A stretch of DNA of 61,813 nt, counting the filler, from Bonamia ostreae (lineage: Eukaryota): NCBI GenBank assembly GCA_040357525.1. It is 24 parts of 24 records of this genome, joined end to end, with 100 filler letters (N's around TTAATTAATTAA, not from the genome) between each part and the next. Parts side by side here need not be neighbours in the genome. Positions count along the whole stretch, not along the records: positions 12,976 to 15,467 come from JBDODL010000815.1; positions 15,568 to 18,056 come from JBDODL010000816.1; positions 18,157 to 20,644 come from JBDODL010000817.1; positions 20,745 to 23,231 come from JBDODL010000818.1; positions 23,332 to 25,816 come from JBDODL010000819.1; positions 25,917 to 28,398 come from JBDODL010000820.1; 18 more parts are not named here. One strand, 5' to 3'. This document shows positions 13,206-26,150 of the stretch, in pieces. The notes below the pieces were generated by a model. That model saw only the letters and a list, made by a program, of their open reading frames with translations. It was not told where the DNA came from and did not search any database. The translations under genes and the position numbers were made by a program. Numbering within the stretch: position 1 is the stretch's first letter; each line of letters starts with the position of its first letter.

Positions 13206-14489
13206 CTAAAGATTGCAAATTTTGTAAACATTTTGCGTCATTGGCGATTCTATAAATTTGTGCCAAGAAAATTTTGAACGCATAAAATTTCCATAAACTT
13301 GAATCTTTTTAGACCTTTTTCCTGCCTAAATTTTAAATTGGTTTTATCAAAAACGTTAAGAATGATATCTTCCGTGATGTTTCCATTTTTCATTCTCGGA
13401 AATGCAGAAATTACGTTTACATTTACATAGCCATTTTTGTCCATTTTACTTTTAAAAAACTTGTCTTTAACCAAATTTTCGTCGCTGAAATAATATTCTC
13501 TTTGTTTTAAAAAGTTGGTTAATCGGTTGCCACATTTTATCGATTGCAAAAAAGCATTTTATTGTTTTACAATTTTTTTGTAAATTTTGACTTTTGTTTT
13601 ATCAAATGTTTTTATTTTTGAATTTTTGCAATTTATAATAAATTTAAATAAAGATCAAAATTTTGTAAAAAAGATTTTACGTTAGAAAAAATTGCGTGAA
13701 AAAGAGTTTTNNNNNNNNNNNNNNNNNNNNNNNNNNNNNNNNNNNNNNNNNNNNNNNNNNNNNNNNNNNNNNNNNNNNNNNNNNNNNNNNNNNNNNNNNN
13801 NNNNNNNNNNTGAATAAATAAATTTTTGCAATTTATAATAAATTTAAATAAAAATCAAAATTGGTCGATGCAAAATTTTGTAAAAAAGATTTTACGTTAG
13901 AAAAAATTACGTGAAAAAGAGTTTTTGAATAAATAAATTTTTGCAATTTATAATAAATTTAAATAAAAATCAAAATTGGTTGATGCAAAATTTTTAAAAA
14001 AGATTTTACATTAGAAAAAATTGCGTGAAAAAGAGTTTTTGAACAAATATTGCAAATTGGATATTTTACAAATTTTTCGTAAATAAAAAAACATTTGTCT
14101 TCTAATTCCCGTCAAAGTGTTCAAAGCAAAAAAAGGTTTTGGCTGATAAGTCTTTTGCCCAGAAAATTTGCCTGGATAACGAGGCCTGGAGCTGTATTGG
14201 TTCGATCCATATGTTGCAAAAGACGTTTGATTGTAAACGGGCTTGCTTTCTATTGCTGGAATGCTTTCTTGAGAAGGGGCTTCTATTTCTGGAACGAGAG
14301 TGTACACCACTTTTTCTTTGACGTCCTGATCTCTTGTTTTATTGATTTGTGTTTTGCCATCAGAAGTCTTTGAAGGGTTAAGTTTTAAGCTCGGTTTGGT
14401 AAATTTGGGTTTAGCCAAATTTTAGTTGAACGTTATTGCAAACGCGGAAAAAACAACAAAGAGGAATGAAAAGAAACGTTGTTTTCCAT
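13206..14489 (-). CDS. La-motif (LARP-type) RNA-binding protein; exon boundaries uncertain, internal gap
   Basis: EYYFSDENLVKDKFFKSKMDKNGYVNVNVISAFPRMK is a La motif. Confidence 0.8.
13620..14060. repeat. Tandem repeat of about 110 bp inside the LARP intron (spans a scaffold gap)
   Basis: Repeated TTTTTGCAATTTATAATAAATTTAAATAAA...GTTAGAAAAAATT.CGTGAAAAAGAGTTTT. Confidence 0.85.
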
Positions 14490-14633
14490 TAGAGCGACTT
14501 AAATTTTAGTTTTTTGACTGGTTTGTTTAATAATTGGTTTAATGTATTAACTGATAATAACCGGGTTTTGGAAATTTAGTTTTCTTATATTGTAAAGAGT
14601 TTATTTATATATATAAAAATTAGCTTTTGGGAA

Positions 14634-15467
14634 ATGTCGTCAAAGCAAAATCGCAAAATATCGGGTAAAAGGAGTTTTTCTAGCACATCTGAATCCAGTT
14701 CGCCTTTAAAGAAAAAGACGAAAAGGGAAAAAACGCGTTATCGAAAACTGCCGAAAATTTCGAAAAATAGCAAAAATCGAACATTGCCTAATCGGAAATT
14801 TGGAAAAACGACAAAAAGTCGCAGCAAAGGAAACTTTAACAGTGAAAAAACAACAACCGAAAAAAAGCGGAACTTCAAAAAAGAAATCGACAAAAAGAAA
14901 AAAATCGATAAAGTAATCGACGAAAAAAGCTCCGACAAAACAATTACCGAAAAAATGCCATTAGAAAAAAAATCTCATAAAGTAGATTCATCAAAATCCG
15001 AAAAAAAATTAGACGGAGTAAAAAATATTTCTTTGAAAGAAAAACTATTTATTAAACCCGCGAAGAAAATTAAGAGCATAAAAATGTCTTTCAAAAGTTC
15101 ATTTCCACTGAAAAACGCTATTTCTTCAATAAATAAAAGCAACTTTAAAAATCCGAAAACAATAAAAAATGAAAACAAAAATTCGCAACAAAAAAATTTT
15201 GACGGCGAAAATTCAAAATTAAGCCAAATCAACAACAAAAGTCCGATTGAAAAATCGGATAAAACGGAATCGAAAAGTCGTAGAAAGTCCGAAAATTCAA
15301 ATAATGGCGGTTGGTCAACAACGAAAAGACCGCTAAGAAATTTTTTGCAAGTCAAAAAAATGATTTCAACTTTTAACGAAGAATTGGCTGAAAAAATCGT
15401 TTTTTTTTAAATTTGTCGATTTTAGGATTTCGATGTGATAAGAAAAATGGATGTCGAACCTTCTTCT
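14634..15467 (+). CDS. Lys/Ser-rich protein N-terminus, 3'-partial
   Basis: 258-aa ORF with NLS-like basic runs. It continues after a GTT..TAG intron near 15399-15425. Confidence 0.6.
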
Positions 15468-15567
15468 NNNNNNNNNNNNNNNNNNNNNNNNNNNNNNNNN
15501 NNNNNNNNNNNTTAATTAATTAANNNNNNNNNNNNNNNNNNNNNNNNNNNNNNNNNNNNNNNNNNNN

Positions 15568-15765
15568 TTTAATGGTCGATGAAAATTTGCTGAAAAAGAT
15601 TTTTAATGGTCGATGAAAATTTGCTGAAAAAGATTTTTAATGGTCGATGAAAATTTGCTGAAAAAGATTTTTAATGGTCGATGAAAATTTGCTGAAAAAG
15701 ATTTTTAATGGTCGATGAAAATTTGCTGAAAAAGATTTTTAATGGTCGATGAAAATTTACTGAAA
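15568..15765. repeat. 34-bp tandem repeat, about 6 copies, probably within an APEH intron
   Basis: Unit TTTTAATGGTCGATGAAAATTTGCTGAAAAAGAT. Confidence 0.95.
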
Positions 15766-15829
15766 AACAAATTTTACGCAATTATTTTAATTAGTGAACT
15801 AAAACGAGAAACAAAATTTGACTAAAAAC

Positions 15830-16219
15830 TGAATAGATTCGGGAAAGAAGTCGTGAAAAGCAATTTTTCCTTTGAAAGAATGTCGATCACTTGGACCTTT
15901 TCTTTGGAAGGATGCTTCCTCACCACACAAAGTCTGTTTCCGGACGGCGAAACAGAATAACAGGACATTTCAGACGAAGTGTCGACGGGAAATCCTATCG
16001 GAACGAACTTTTGTTTTTCGGTCAAAATGGAATTCGAAAAAAAGTTGAGACGTTTTCTAGTTTTGTTCTAATTAAGTTGGTTTTGACAACGGATGAGATA
16101 TCTGGTACATTTGTGGAGACAACGACAGTTTCTTTTCCAACGAACTGGGCCGTTTTGGAGGGTACTTTTAGAAGTTCTTTCCATAATTGGGTTGCCCTGG
16201 CAACGGTACATTTTTTCAT
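15830..16219 (-). CDS. Acylamino-acid-releasing enzyme (APEH, S9C) N-terminal part, 3'-partial
   Basis: GFPVDTSSEMSCYSVSPSGNRLCVVR...VIDI resembles the APEH N-terminal propeller. Confidence 0.55.
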
Positions 16220-16680
16220 CAGATTGTTAAAGTTTTGAGTATATTGGCGTTTTGTGTATTGAATTGCTTAATTTTATGGTTCTCTCGTTAACTTGAAACC
16301 ATTTGCATTTTTGTAAACTTTTTTGTTTGTCGATCAAACTAAGATGAGAAATTTTTAGTTTTGCGGAATGATTAGAACTTATTATTTAAACGACTTTAGA
16401 ACATTAAAAAATGTAAAAAAATGAGCGAAAATTTCAGTTTTTTGGACAACGTAAGCGGAAAACAAGACAAAAAGATGATTTCAATGTCAATTGAAATTAA
16501 TTGTGGAACTGTCCACGAAAAGATGATTTATTATTTGAACAACGTTGTTAACGCACATTTTCGAAAATATATCATTTCCGAATTGACATATAAAACCATT
16601 TTAAAATAAATTTTATATTTACATATGTTATTAAAGCTCACTTAAGCTTAAAATTATTATATATATATTTGTTAATTAAG

Positions 16681-17942
16681 ATGGCTATAGTGAAAGATGT
16701 GAGGGTCAATGAGTTCTTTTTCGATTTGCGGAAAAAAGAGCAAAGCCCAAAAGATTTCGCTCTGACGACGACTGACTTTCTGTTCAAAATAGTCAATTTT
16801 TCGAAAGCGCTGACAGTCGCCGACCAAATCGCAGAAATAAAGTCGATCTCGTCGTCCGTTGTTCTGATCAAACGAAACGGTTCGCCTTCCAAACTTAAGA
16901 ATTTGTTATTGGAAACATTTTCCTGCGAGGACTTGACATAATCCGCGCGTGTGTTGTGAACAGCGAGAAAACCGAGAAAGGGCTCCGCGTTCTTCTAAAT
17001 GCCCCCAAAAACAACTACGATTTATATAATGTGCCGATGAAAGATAGCAAATATGAGATCATCCAAGAACTCGTTGATTTGGCGGAAGAAATCAAAAGTT
17101 CGCCAAAATCGGTTTCGAGTCAAGCGGTTGAACATATTCATTCGAGGTTTCTAAACCAACGCCATTTTGGATTTTATCTCATTGCAATCTAAAAGGGAAA
17201 TAATCTTAACTTTTGGGTTTTCGGAAGTTGTCTTTGAGTTTTTGAAACACGCGGCGCGTTTCAGAAAGTTTGAAGTTTACGTGGCGGAATCCGCGCCGAT
17301 GTTCGATTAATCACTAAAGTTTCGACGGAAGGAAAATGGCTTGCGAGCTTGGGAGAGTGGGAATAGAAACGACATTAATTCCAGGTTTTAATTAAAAGCG
17401 GACAACGCATTCGATATAATCAACTAGCTTTTAGTTTTAAGGATTTGCATATAATCCCAAAATAATTTTGTATCTTTGAGATTCGTCGATTTTCGCAATG
17501 ATGGCGAGAACAAACAAGGTCATCATTCAAACTGAAACAGGTTCTAAACGTGATTTTAAGCTTTCGCTTCCGGTACTATATTAGCAAGGTCCGGAGTAAA
17601 AAATTTGGCGATGTCGGCAAAACACCATTCCGTTACTGTGGTGGTTTTGCTGGAACTTTTCAAGTTATCGCCTAAAAACATTCAAGAATTTAACTTTCCA
17701 CGCGAATTGTCAGATCCAAAAGACATTTTTCCTCATTCCAATCGTTTGCCATTTAACCCAAATAAAGCTCTTGTCGAGAGGATAATAGTAGAAAATCCAA
17801 AATACGACTTGATTTCATCGGAATATGTGGACCTTTTTGTGACGAGCTTGTAATTTAAATCGATTTTCAAAGAGGTGGATTTACAGCAAGCGGGCTTTAC
17901 CGAATCTTAGACGAGTTGTACAACAAAGAAGACATTAAATAA
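16681..17942 (+). CDS. EIF2B2: eIF2B beta subunit; six introns including 16880-16899, 17301-17319, 17385-17480, 17541-17560, 17850-17872
   Basis: The spliced protein has EFVIGNIFLRGLDIIR, AVEHIHSREIILTFG, VAESAPIFDGRKMA, IETTLIPDSSIFAMMARTNKVII, FKLSP and NPKYDLI..VDLFVTSLGG. Confidence 0.92.
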
Positions 17943-18156
17943 ATTTTTTATTTTGAGTGTTTTAATGGTTTACACGTGTTGCTCAACAAATTTAATCTCT
18001 TTCTTGGGTGTGGTTAATTTATGGGCGTTTTAGAGTTGTGTCGAGTGAGGGATCTGNNNNNNNNNNNNNNNNNNNNNNNNNNNNNNNNNNNNNNNNNNNN
18101 TTAATTAATTAANNNNNNNNNNNNNNNNNNNNNNNNNNNNNNNNNNNNNNNNNNNN

Positions 18157-18631
18157 GCCTTTTTTCGATTCCTTCTTTTCCACACCATTTTTTGTCACTT
18201 TTAAAAAATATTTGAAAAATTGGATTCAAACCTTTCTTTTTCGCAGCACTGGTACCAACGTACAAAATCCAATAATTCCCATTAACAAATTTCATCACAT
18301 ATCTTGGTATCACAATATCCATCAATTTTCGCCTCATTCTTGAAAAAACGACTTGCAATTTGCTGTTGTTCTCTCTGTCCACTACAAATCCCAAACCTTT
18401 CGCCACCATTTTGTCGCCTCCAATCGCTTTTGTACACGTATTAACGATATCAATTGATCCTTTTTTGTCAAGGCTGTAATAAGCAATTGGTGCATCATCT
18501 CCATCGCCGCAAGTTTCTTCGAAGGAATTATCGATACGAGCGATTTCATACCATTTGCCCATGTACCTTTTCAGATTGACTTTCGAGGCTGTTTGAAGAG
18601 GACGACATTTATCGCTTTTGAATTGAAACAT
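18157..18631 (-). CDS. Lipocalin (Blc/ApoD/TIL-like), 3'-partial
   Basis: VNLKRYMGKWYEIARIDNSFE (SCR1), SKLQVVF and GNYWILYV. Confidence 0.88.
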
Positions 18632-18671
18632 GAATTTAGCTGATATTAAATTTTCGGTTTATTTTTGTTTT

Positions 18672-19170
18672 AATGTTTTTATTTTGACCAAACTTTTTAT
18701 TGTTTTTGCCAAATTTTAATGTTTTTATCGTTTTTTTTTCGAATTTTGGCGTTTATCGTTTTCAATTTTTTTTATCGTTTTGGTCGAATTTTATGTTTTT
18801 GCAAATTTAGATTTTTGCAGTTTTTTGTCGACGAAGATAAAATTGCAAATAAAGTTTTAAAACTAAAAGAAAAATTTATTTTTCAAATTTTCTTCTTCGA
18901 AATGTTTTTATTTTGGCCAAACTTTTTATTGTTTTTGGCAAATTTTAATGTTTTTATCGTTTTTTTTCGAATTTTGGCGTTTATCGTTTTCAATTTTTTT
19001 TATCGTTTTGGTCGAATTTTATGTTTTTGCAAATTTAGATTTTTGCAGTTTTTTGTCGACGAAGATAAAATTGCAAATAAAGTTTTAAAAACTGAAAGAA
19101 AAATTTATTTTTCAAAAATTTGATATAAAAATTTATTTTTCACCAATTTTCTTCTTCGAAATGTTTTTAT
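18672..19170. repeat. Direct repeat of about 230 bp (two copies plus a partial third)
   Basis: Near-identical blocks start at about 18672 and 18901. They explain the duplicated peptide in the spurious ORF 18719-19123. Confidence 0.9.
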
Positions 19171-19487
19171 TCTGTCAATTAAGTTTGCAAAAACTGATCT
19201 CAATGGAGTTTCCAAATTACGCGCGGCATTGTACAATTTGTTTGATCGCAGTGGCATAAACGACCTCTTCTTGTTGACTTTTATTTGTTAATAAAAATTT
19301 GAATGTCAAATATTCCTCGTTACGCCATTAAATTTAAAGCTTTCGATGGTGAGACAAGCTCAAATATATTTTAATTTAAATTTTCGTACAACATTTTTAA
19401 ATCTGACCAACAAAAATTACAAAAAGATAATTATACGCACAAACTTTAATACAAAAAATATATGCAACAATAATCCCGAAACATAGC

Positions 19488-20644
19488 TCAAGAATGGAAA
19501 CTTGGAGTATTGAAGTTTACACCATCCAGATCAACTTTCAAATTTTCAAACGTTAACGACTTTTTCCTCCAATTGTAATCTTCTAAAGACAGACGTTTTT
19601 TAACGAAACGAAAATTCTTTTTCTGCTGCCCCTTTTTCAAGGTTTCTTTTTCACCCGCATTTTGATACATTTTAATATCTTAAATTTACGTTTTATTTTC
19701 GAGTAAAATGTTTCTCCTCTTATTAACACACTCGATTTTTTTTACATAAAAACTTTTTGTTTTCCCCTTCTTACAAGAAATTAAAAGACCTTTTGCGAAC
19801 CTAAATTTTTTTGTAAAAACTTTTTTGGTGTAAAAATCCCACTTTTATTGAATCCTCCTTTAATTCCAATAAAACATCCTTTTCGTCCCAATTCCGCAAA
19901 TCGGTAAATTCTAGCAATGTCTTTCGCGTTTTCAAAAGCCGTTTTCAGGTCATTTCGATATCTTTTCTGAAATTCTTGACTGTTTTTGAGTCCATTTTCT
20001 TTTGATCCCAATCTTTCAAACACTTTTTCTCTCCTCACAATTTTTTTGTTTTTGTTATTTTCGTCTCCGATAATTTTGTTGTTTTCTCTTCCAAACGCCA
20101 CAACGCTTTCAATAAACGCTTTTTGAAAACAGACGGCTTCAAAAAGTGCTCCAAGATGCATTTTCATAACATCTTCGTTATTTTTTAGAGCTTCGAGTTC
20201 GTTGTGTTGTTCGTCCAACATTTTCTCGAAGATTTCGTCACGCCATTCCAGTCTTTCGATTTTGTTTTTAAGTTTCAAAGCGATGTTTGATTTTGTTTGT
20301 GGATCGTTGATTGAGTTCAATTGTCCATCCGTTTGTTGCAAAAACCTTTTTTTGAATTCGTTCGCTTTTGATTTTTCGCCTTGATAATTTTTTTCCAGTA
20401 AATTGTTTTCGATTTCGTTTTTTTGCACGGCTTTTTCAAGATTTCGAATGATATTTGGCGTTTTCTCTAAATCGAGTTTTTGTTTTCGCTTTGTCCAATA
20501 TTCTAGCTGTGTTCTGACCGATTTTCCTTCCATTTCGAGTTTAAGGCGTTTTTTCCTGATTTTCCAAATAAATTGTTGTGCTTTTTCAAGATGGTTTGCT
20601 TTGTGCTCCATTTCGTTTTCGATTTTTTGAATTTTGAAAGTGTT
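19488..20644 (-). CDS. Coiled-coil hypothetical protein, 5'-partial
   Basis: An open frame runs from the contig edge through 19781, with a probable last exon at 19488-19670. It is K/E/Q-rich with heptad character. Confidence 0.6.
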
Positions 20645-20744
20645 NNNNNNNNNNNNNNNNNNNNNNNNNNNNNNNNNNNNNNNNNNNNTTAATTAATTAA
20701 NNNNNNNNNNNNNNNNNNNNNNNNNNNNNNNNNNNNNNNNNNNN

Positions 20745-23014
20745 TTATACGAAATTTCATCTTCGGAAACATTTGTCCTTTCAATAGAATTATTTTCTAA
20801 TGTCTCTGCATCTTCATTTTCTTCATTTTTTTCAATTTCCAATTTTTCGATTTTTAGTTTTTTAATTTTACTTTTATCACCGATATCAATTTCATCAACA
20901 AAAATAAGTTCGTTGTTGTTTTTCAAATAATGTTGATTTTGACCAGAATAAAAATTGTTTCCAATTTTTTGTATTTCTGATAAAATTTGTTTTCCTTCTT
21001 CCATCTTTCCGATTTCTAACAAAACTTCTGCTTGTCCATTTAACGATTCGACGATTAAACTTTTTAAGACGAAAACGATTTTAAAAAATGTTAAAACTTT
21101 TTCTCTCCAACTTTTCTCGCAAATTTTTCAGATTTCTTATACATATCAAGAACAACAAAAGTCTCTTCTTTTTCTTCGTACAAACATCTCGCCAAATTCA
21201 GAAAATCAAATGTCATTTCACTAATTTTGATCAAATTAAAAACTCGAAAAATTTGGCTTTTGCAAATTTTTGCAAATTTTCTTTGATAAAAATTGCTTTT
21301 CTAAAATGCAAAATGGCTTTCGAAAATTGTTTTAACGCCATTCTGTTTGAACCTATTTCACTCTGTATTTCAGCGAAAGCAATTAAATTTTCCAAATCGT
21401 TCAAATTTTCAAAATTTATTTTTTCTTTCAAAATTTTGCTAAATTTTGTACATTCGCAACTTCTTTCGAAAAAATAAATAGATTCTTCCCAATTCGACAA
21501 ATCTCTGTAACATTTCCCGATTTTGTAGAACAACGAAAATTTGCTTTTCAAACTCAAATTCGGACTTTCTATTTGTTTTTTCAAGCTCGGAATTTTGAAA
21601 TTCGACAAATTGATAAAATTTTCAGATTTTTCGAATAAGTTTGTTGCGCTTTTTATCGTGTTTTGGTCTTTTTTCGATTTTGCCCATTTCAACAGTTTTA
21701 TTGAAATTTTTCTTGATAAAGTGAATTGTCTAGTATCTAAGTAAAAGTTTGCCAAATTGTGCAGCGAATTTGCATTATCGTTCAAATAATTATCGCGTGA
21801 ATTTAGTTCATTGTCCATTTTTAAATATTGCTCCGCCAAATCTTCATTTCCGTTGTTTTTGTATGCTAAGCCTAAGCCCGACAGAAGATAAGAAAATTGT
21901 GTGTTCATATCTTTAATATTTTAGACAATAAAAAATTAAATTTGAAAAAAATCAACAAATCGAAAAATTTAAATTTGACAAAACTAAAATTTGACTAAAT
22001 ATTTCAACAAAAATATTTATTGGCAACAAAAATTTAGCCAATTTAATAAAAAAAACCATTTTTTCTCCAAATATTTAAAGCTTTTTTATAAAATTGAATA
22101 GCAGAATCAAAATCTTCATTTTCAAAATGAACAAGACCGATCGAATAAAAAATGACTGTTTTCAAATCTTTCAGATCTTTCAAGGTCACAGAACGATATT
22201 CCTTTCCATCATCGAAACAGTGCGCCATTCCGACTTTGACGCGTTGAAACATTTTGAGAGAATTTTCAAAACACAATTTTGCCTTTCCCAGCAGTTTTTT
22301 GACATAAAATTCGTTGATGTCCTCTCTCGTTGCTCTCCAGAAGAAGAGATATCCTTTGTTCAAAATAGATTGATATGCGAAAATCGGGTTTTGCATTATT
22401 GAAGCCGTTCTGGAAAATTTTTTAAGGTACTTTTCTGCTATTGAATATTTGGAGATTTGGCCGTAACATAAAGCGAGACGATTTTGAGCCATTCCTTTAG
22501 ACGCTGTTTCTTTTAGTTCTTCTGTTTTAAAACGATTTTATTTTTTGGCAATTTTTTGCAATTTTAGCACGTTTTGTTTGGATAAATATTGAAATTTAGC
22601 CAACTGAATTTTATTTGCGAAAATATTTTCGCTTTTTTTTTGAAATTAAAATTTGGTCGTTTCTATTGTTTGCGAAAATATTTTAGTTTTTTTGTAATTA
22701 AAATTTGGTTGTTTTTTTTGTTTGCGAAAATATTTTCATTTTTTGAGATTAAAATTTGGTCGTTTTTGCGAAAAAATACGAAAAGTTTTTACCTGAAAGC
22801 TTTAACTCTTTAAGATAATAGACAATTGCCTCTTCAAACTCTTTTTTGTCGAAATGATATTTGCCGAGATTATTGGCAACAGCAGAAAAATGAATTTTGG
22901 CGCTCTTTAAAATTTCGAAAAAAGTTTTCGTGAAAAGAATAAAACATTGGAGAGATTAGCTTGAGTTTTGTTAAACAATTCAAATTCATTTTTAAGCTTT
23001 ATAAAATCGCGCAT
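20745..23014 (-). CDS. Multi-exon TPR-repeat protein (possibly tonsoku-like), 3'-partial
   Basis: TPR-like segments: YSIGLVHFENEDFDSAIQFYKKAL, SLHNLANFYL and FYKIGKCYRDLSNWEESIYFFE. Confidence 0.7.
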
Positions 23015-25099
23015 TTCGCAATGTCTAAATTCGCAAGAATATTATATTACATAATTTAAAATAGAAAGTTATGAACAGATTATTCCGACGATATTTTTCT
23101 CGGATCGTTCCTCAGAAAATTAGAAATGTCGCAATTATTGCTCACGTCGACCATGGTCTATTTTTAAAGCAATTTTATATTTTGCTAAATTTTTAACATT
23201 TTTTGGTCAAATTTTGACTATTTTTTCGTCANNNNNNNNNNNNNNNNNNNNNNNNNNNNNNNNNNNNNNNNNNNNTTAATTAATTAANNNNNNNNNNNNN
23301 NNNNNNNNNNNNNNNNNNNNNNNNNNNNNNNGACAGACACAACTTCATAGAAGACTGTAAATTTGGAGTTTAGGTGAGTCTTATGCATTATTGCTTGATT
23401 CGGAAAATATTGCAAAATGACTCCAGTCAAAATATTTCAAATGATACTCTGTAAAGGAATTAAAATTTCTCTACAGTGAAGCATGGTTACAGCAATTTCA
23501 TGAGGGTCCATGATTTTACGTAGTTACATCCGTCATTCACTATCAAAATGTCTGTATAATGAATTATTTCTACAATGGAAAATGTTAACGGTACACCGTT
23601 TGAGCGAGCGTACCTACACATATGATTGCGCCCATGAGAAAAGCGTGTTGGTGACAATTTTCACAGAACAGACAGACAACGTCATTGAACGTTCACATGA
23701 TTTGTTTCCACTCTTCCCATCGCGGTGTTTCGAACTAGTCATTGAATATAAAATGTATTTATGAAATTGAAAACAATAGAATTCGAGACGTGTGTGTTCT
23801 TAGATGTAATTAGACCTTTTATGATTTTTTTTATCGAATGTTGTCCCAACATAATATACCGGGGCCGTTTCAATATTATGTAAACAGAAGCGGTGAATCA
23901 ACAGCTGCTGTAAAGTAGAATTGTGTGTAAACAGTACAGTGTACCATGGGGGAATTTGAGGTAAACAAAACCAATTTTCAAAGTCAAGTAAATATATTGT
24001 ATATATTTTGTCTGGACATATTATAACAAAAGCTTCTTAAAGCTTGATGAAACATTTTTGGAGCAAAAAGCAGACGATAATTTTGAACTAGTTACATGTG
24101 TTAATATAGGTGAAGTAATGCTAAATTGATAAAAACGATTACATTAATTATCTTATTTTGCGTGTATATTATGAATGGATAAGAATATTCTGATCCAATA
24201 TTGTGCCTAGTATCAGTCAAAAAACCTTATTGATCACAAATGTTAACATCGCATTTGAGGTTCAGAAAATAAGAAATATAACTGTTGAACCAATTGAATT
24301 TTGGGGGCACAAGTGGTTTGTTGGGATTTTCTTTAGATTCACATGTAAACATAATTCTTGTATGTAATGGTAATTTTTCAACTTGACAATTGTCAAAAAT
24401 ATTCAATAGAGATTGACATAATTGAAGTATTAATAACTTTACTGTCATTACGCAAGTAATTCAAATGCAAATCGCCCCTAACTGTTCGTTATCTTTACCT
24501 TTGACACAAAGAGTGGGGGGAATTTTTGACTTTTTTTATTTCACTATATGCATCCCCCCCTTCACGATTTCTGTTTTGCTTATGAAGAATTCAGACTATT
24601 ATGAAGTAAATTTCTCCGACTGCCCCCCCCCCCCCTGTGAAAAACGATGCCATGTTCCTGATCGACACACTATATTAAGAAAAATAGAATAGGCGAGAAA
24701 ATATATATTTTTTTAATTATCTTGTAAATTAGTATTTGGAGGGGGGAGGGGTTAGTGTGATAGAAGAAATTCATTTGACACTATTATCCAAAATCAGATA
24801 AAGAGTTTAATCATTTTAATCAGCGATCAGTCATATTATATTTAGTATATCTTTACATGTTAGGAATTGGATATATTATTTACGGAACATGTTTGACAAG
24901 TCATGCGACTCATTGAAGTACAGGCAAGGAATATATTTATTCTAATTCAAATGGATCTCTTTGTCCAGAAGTTTTAATTAAAAGAAGAATATCGGAATCC
25001 ATGAAAGGGAATCAGCTTTAGATAAAGAGGATAGCATCACGATGAAATTACAAGGCCGAATATAGAAAACGAGTTGAATTCAGCACAATAAACATTCAG

Positions 25100-25816
25100 C
25101 TACCTAAAAAGTGTGTTACATTTTCAGATGTAGAAGTTCAAGAAAATATTTTTTGCATGGGGGTTAGTAAAGTTGAAAAGAAATGTATGTGATGGATGTG
25201 TTGCAGAAAAGGAGGTTTCGGCCAAGTTACACAAAGAAAAACAGGGGAAACGGATGAGATATTCTTACAGTTCCCGGAGTGAAACAGTATGTAGAGAAAC
25301 ATTGTTTTCATATAAAACCTCAAAAACAAAGTACTATCGGAAATTATCATCCATATCAACAAGAATCGTGTAAAACCGCTATTTCATGGAAATAATTGCT
25401 GAAAACCACCTCATGAAAGACAACGCAGATGAGTTTGGAATTTCTCAGTCTGGAGCTCCCTGTGGCAGTGATGGCATTCCGCTTATCTATTTACCAGGAT
25501 CAGATACGAAGCGGGTCATTCATGAAAAGTACGTTGAAATCCTGTTAAGATTCCAACTTCAGAGCCCCAAAGGAATCGTCCTTTAAAGACATTTGGATGA
25601 AATGCATATCACACATACGCATCAGTAACCCACGCGTACGAGACGATGGAAGCCACAGGTGTGAATGTCTCCGCAAGAAAATAACAGACCCCAAAATGAA
25701 AGAAGACAACTTAAAAGCAATTAAGAATTTTAAGGACCACCTACGAGCAGCAAAACTGGAGAGGCTTTCTTATAGGAAAAGCGTGTATGACGTAGCTGAC
25801 GAAATGGCTTGGTAGG
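25100..25816 (+). pseudogene. Decayed transposon-associated ORF on a host-type contig
   Basis: The fragments GAPCGSDGIPLIYLPGSDTKRVIHEKY and HIRISNPR..HRCECL lie in different frames separated by stops. They resemble repeat-borne invertebrate ORFs. Confidence 0.45.
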
Positions 25817-25916
25817 NNNNNNNNNNNNNNNNNNNNNNNNNNNNNNNNNNNNNNNNNNNNTTAATTAATTAANNNNNNNNNNNNNNNNNNNNNNNNNNNN
25901 NNNNNNNNNNNNNNNN

Positions 25917-26150
25917 TTTTAATAAAATTTAGTAAAAAACTTTATCATAAAGCATTTTAATTTTAACAGAGATTTTGTACACATTTGAAATAATTTTTTT
26001 GCTTTCCGATTTGGAATAAAATAATGTCAATAATTGTTTCAAATAATCCATATATTCTTCTCCCGAAGGTCCGAGTGTTTTAGTAATCAAATTTTTGCCC
26101 ACTTTTGATTTTGCAAAAGTAGAAGCAATCTTTTTCTTCGCTTTTGACAT
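25917..26150 (-). CDS. TNFAIP8/TIPE-like (DUF758) protein, first exon
   Basis: KAKKKIASTFAKSK..K.L....EYMDYL..L...SKSESKKIISNVYKISVKIKMLY parallels the TIPE pattern QAQKKILSKMA...KKEAEKIIKNLIKTVIKLAILY. Confidence 0.6.

Noticed and set aside
15568-15765. 34-bp repeat array as a possible CRISPR
   Set aside because: The units are directly adjacent with no unique spacers, there are no cas genes, and the context is eukaryotic and probably intronic.
16681-17942. Stop-codon reassignment or programmed frameshifting to explain the fragmented ORFs
   Set aside because: The breaks are explained by GT-AG introns that restore conserved motifs. TAA and TGA end RPL35, eIF2B-beta and Rab1 at the expected positions.
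18719-19123. ORFs with repeated peptides (18719-19123, 58192-58485, 60649-60840)
   Set aside because: They are translations of non-coding tandem repeats.
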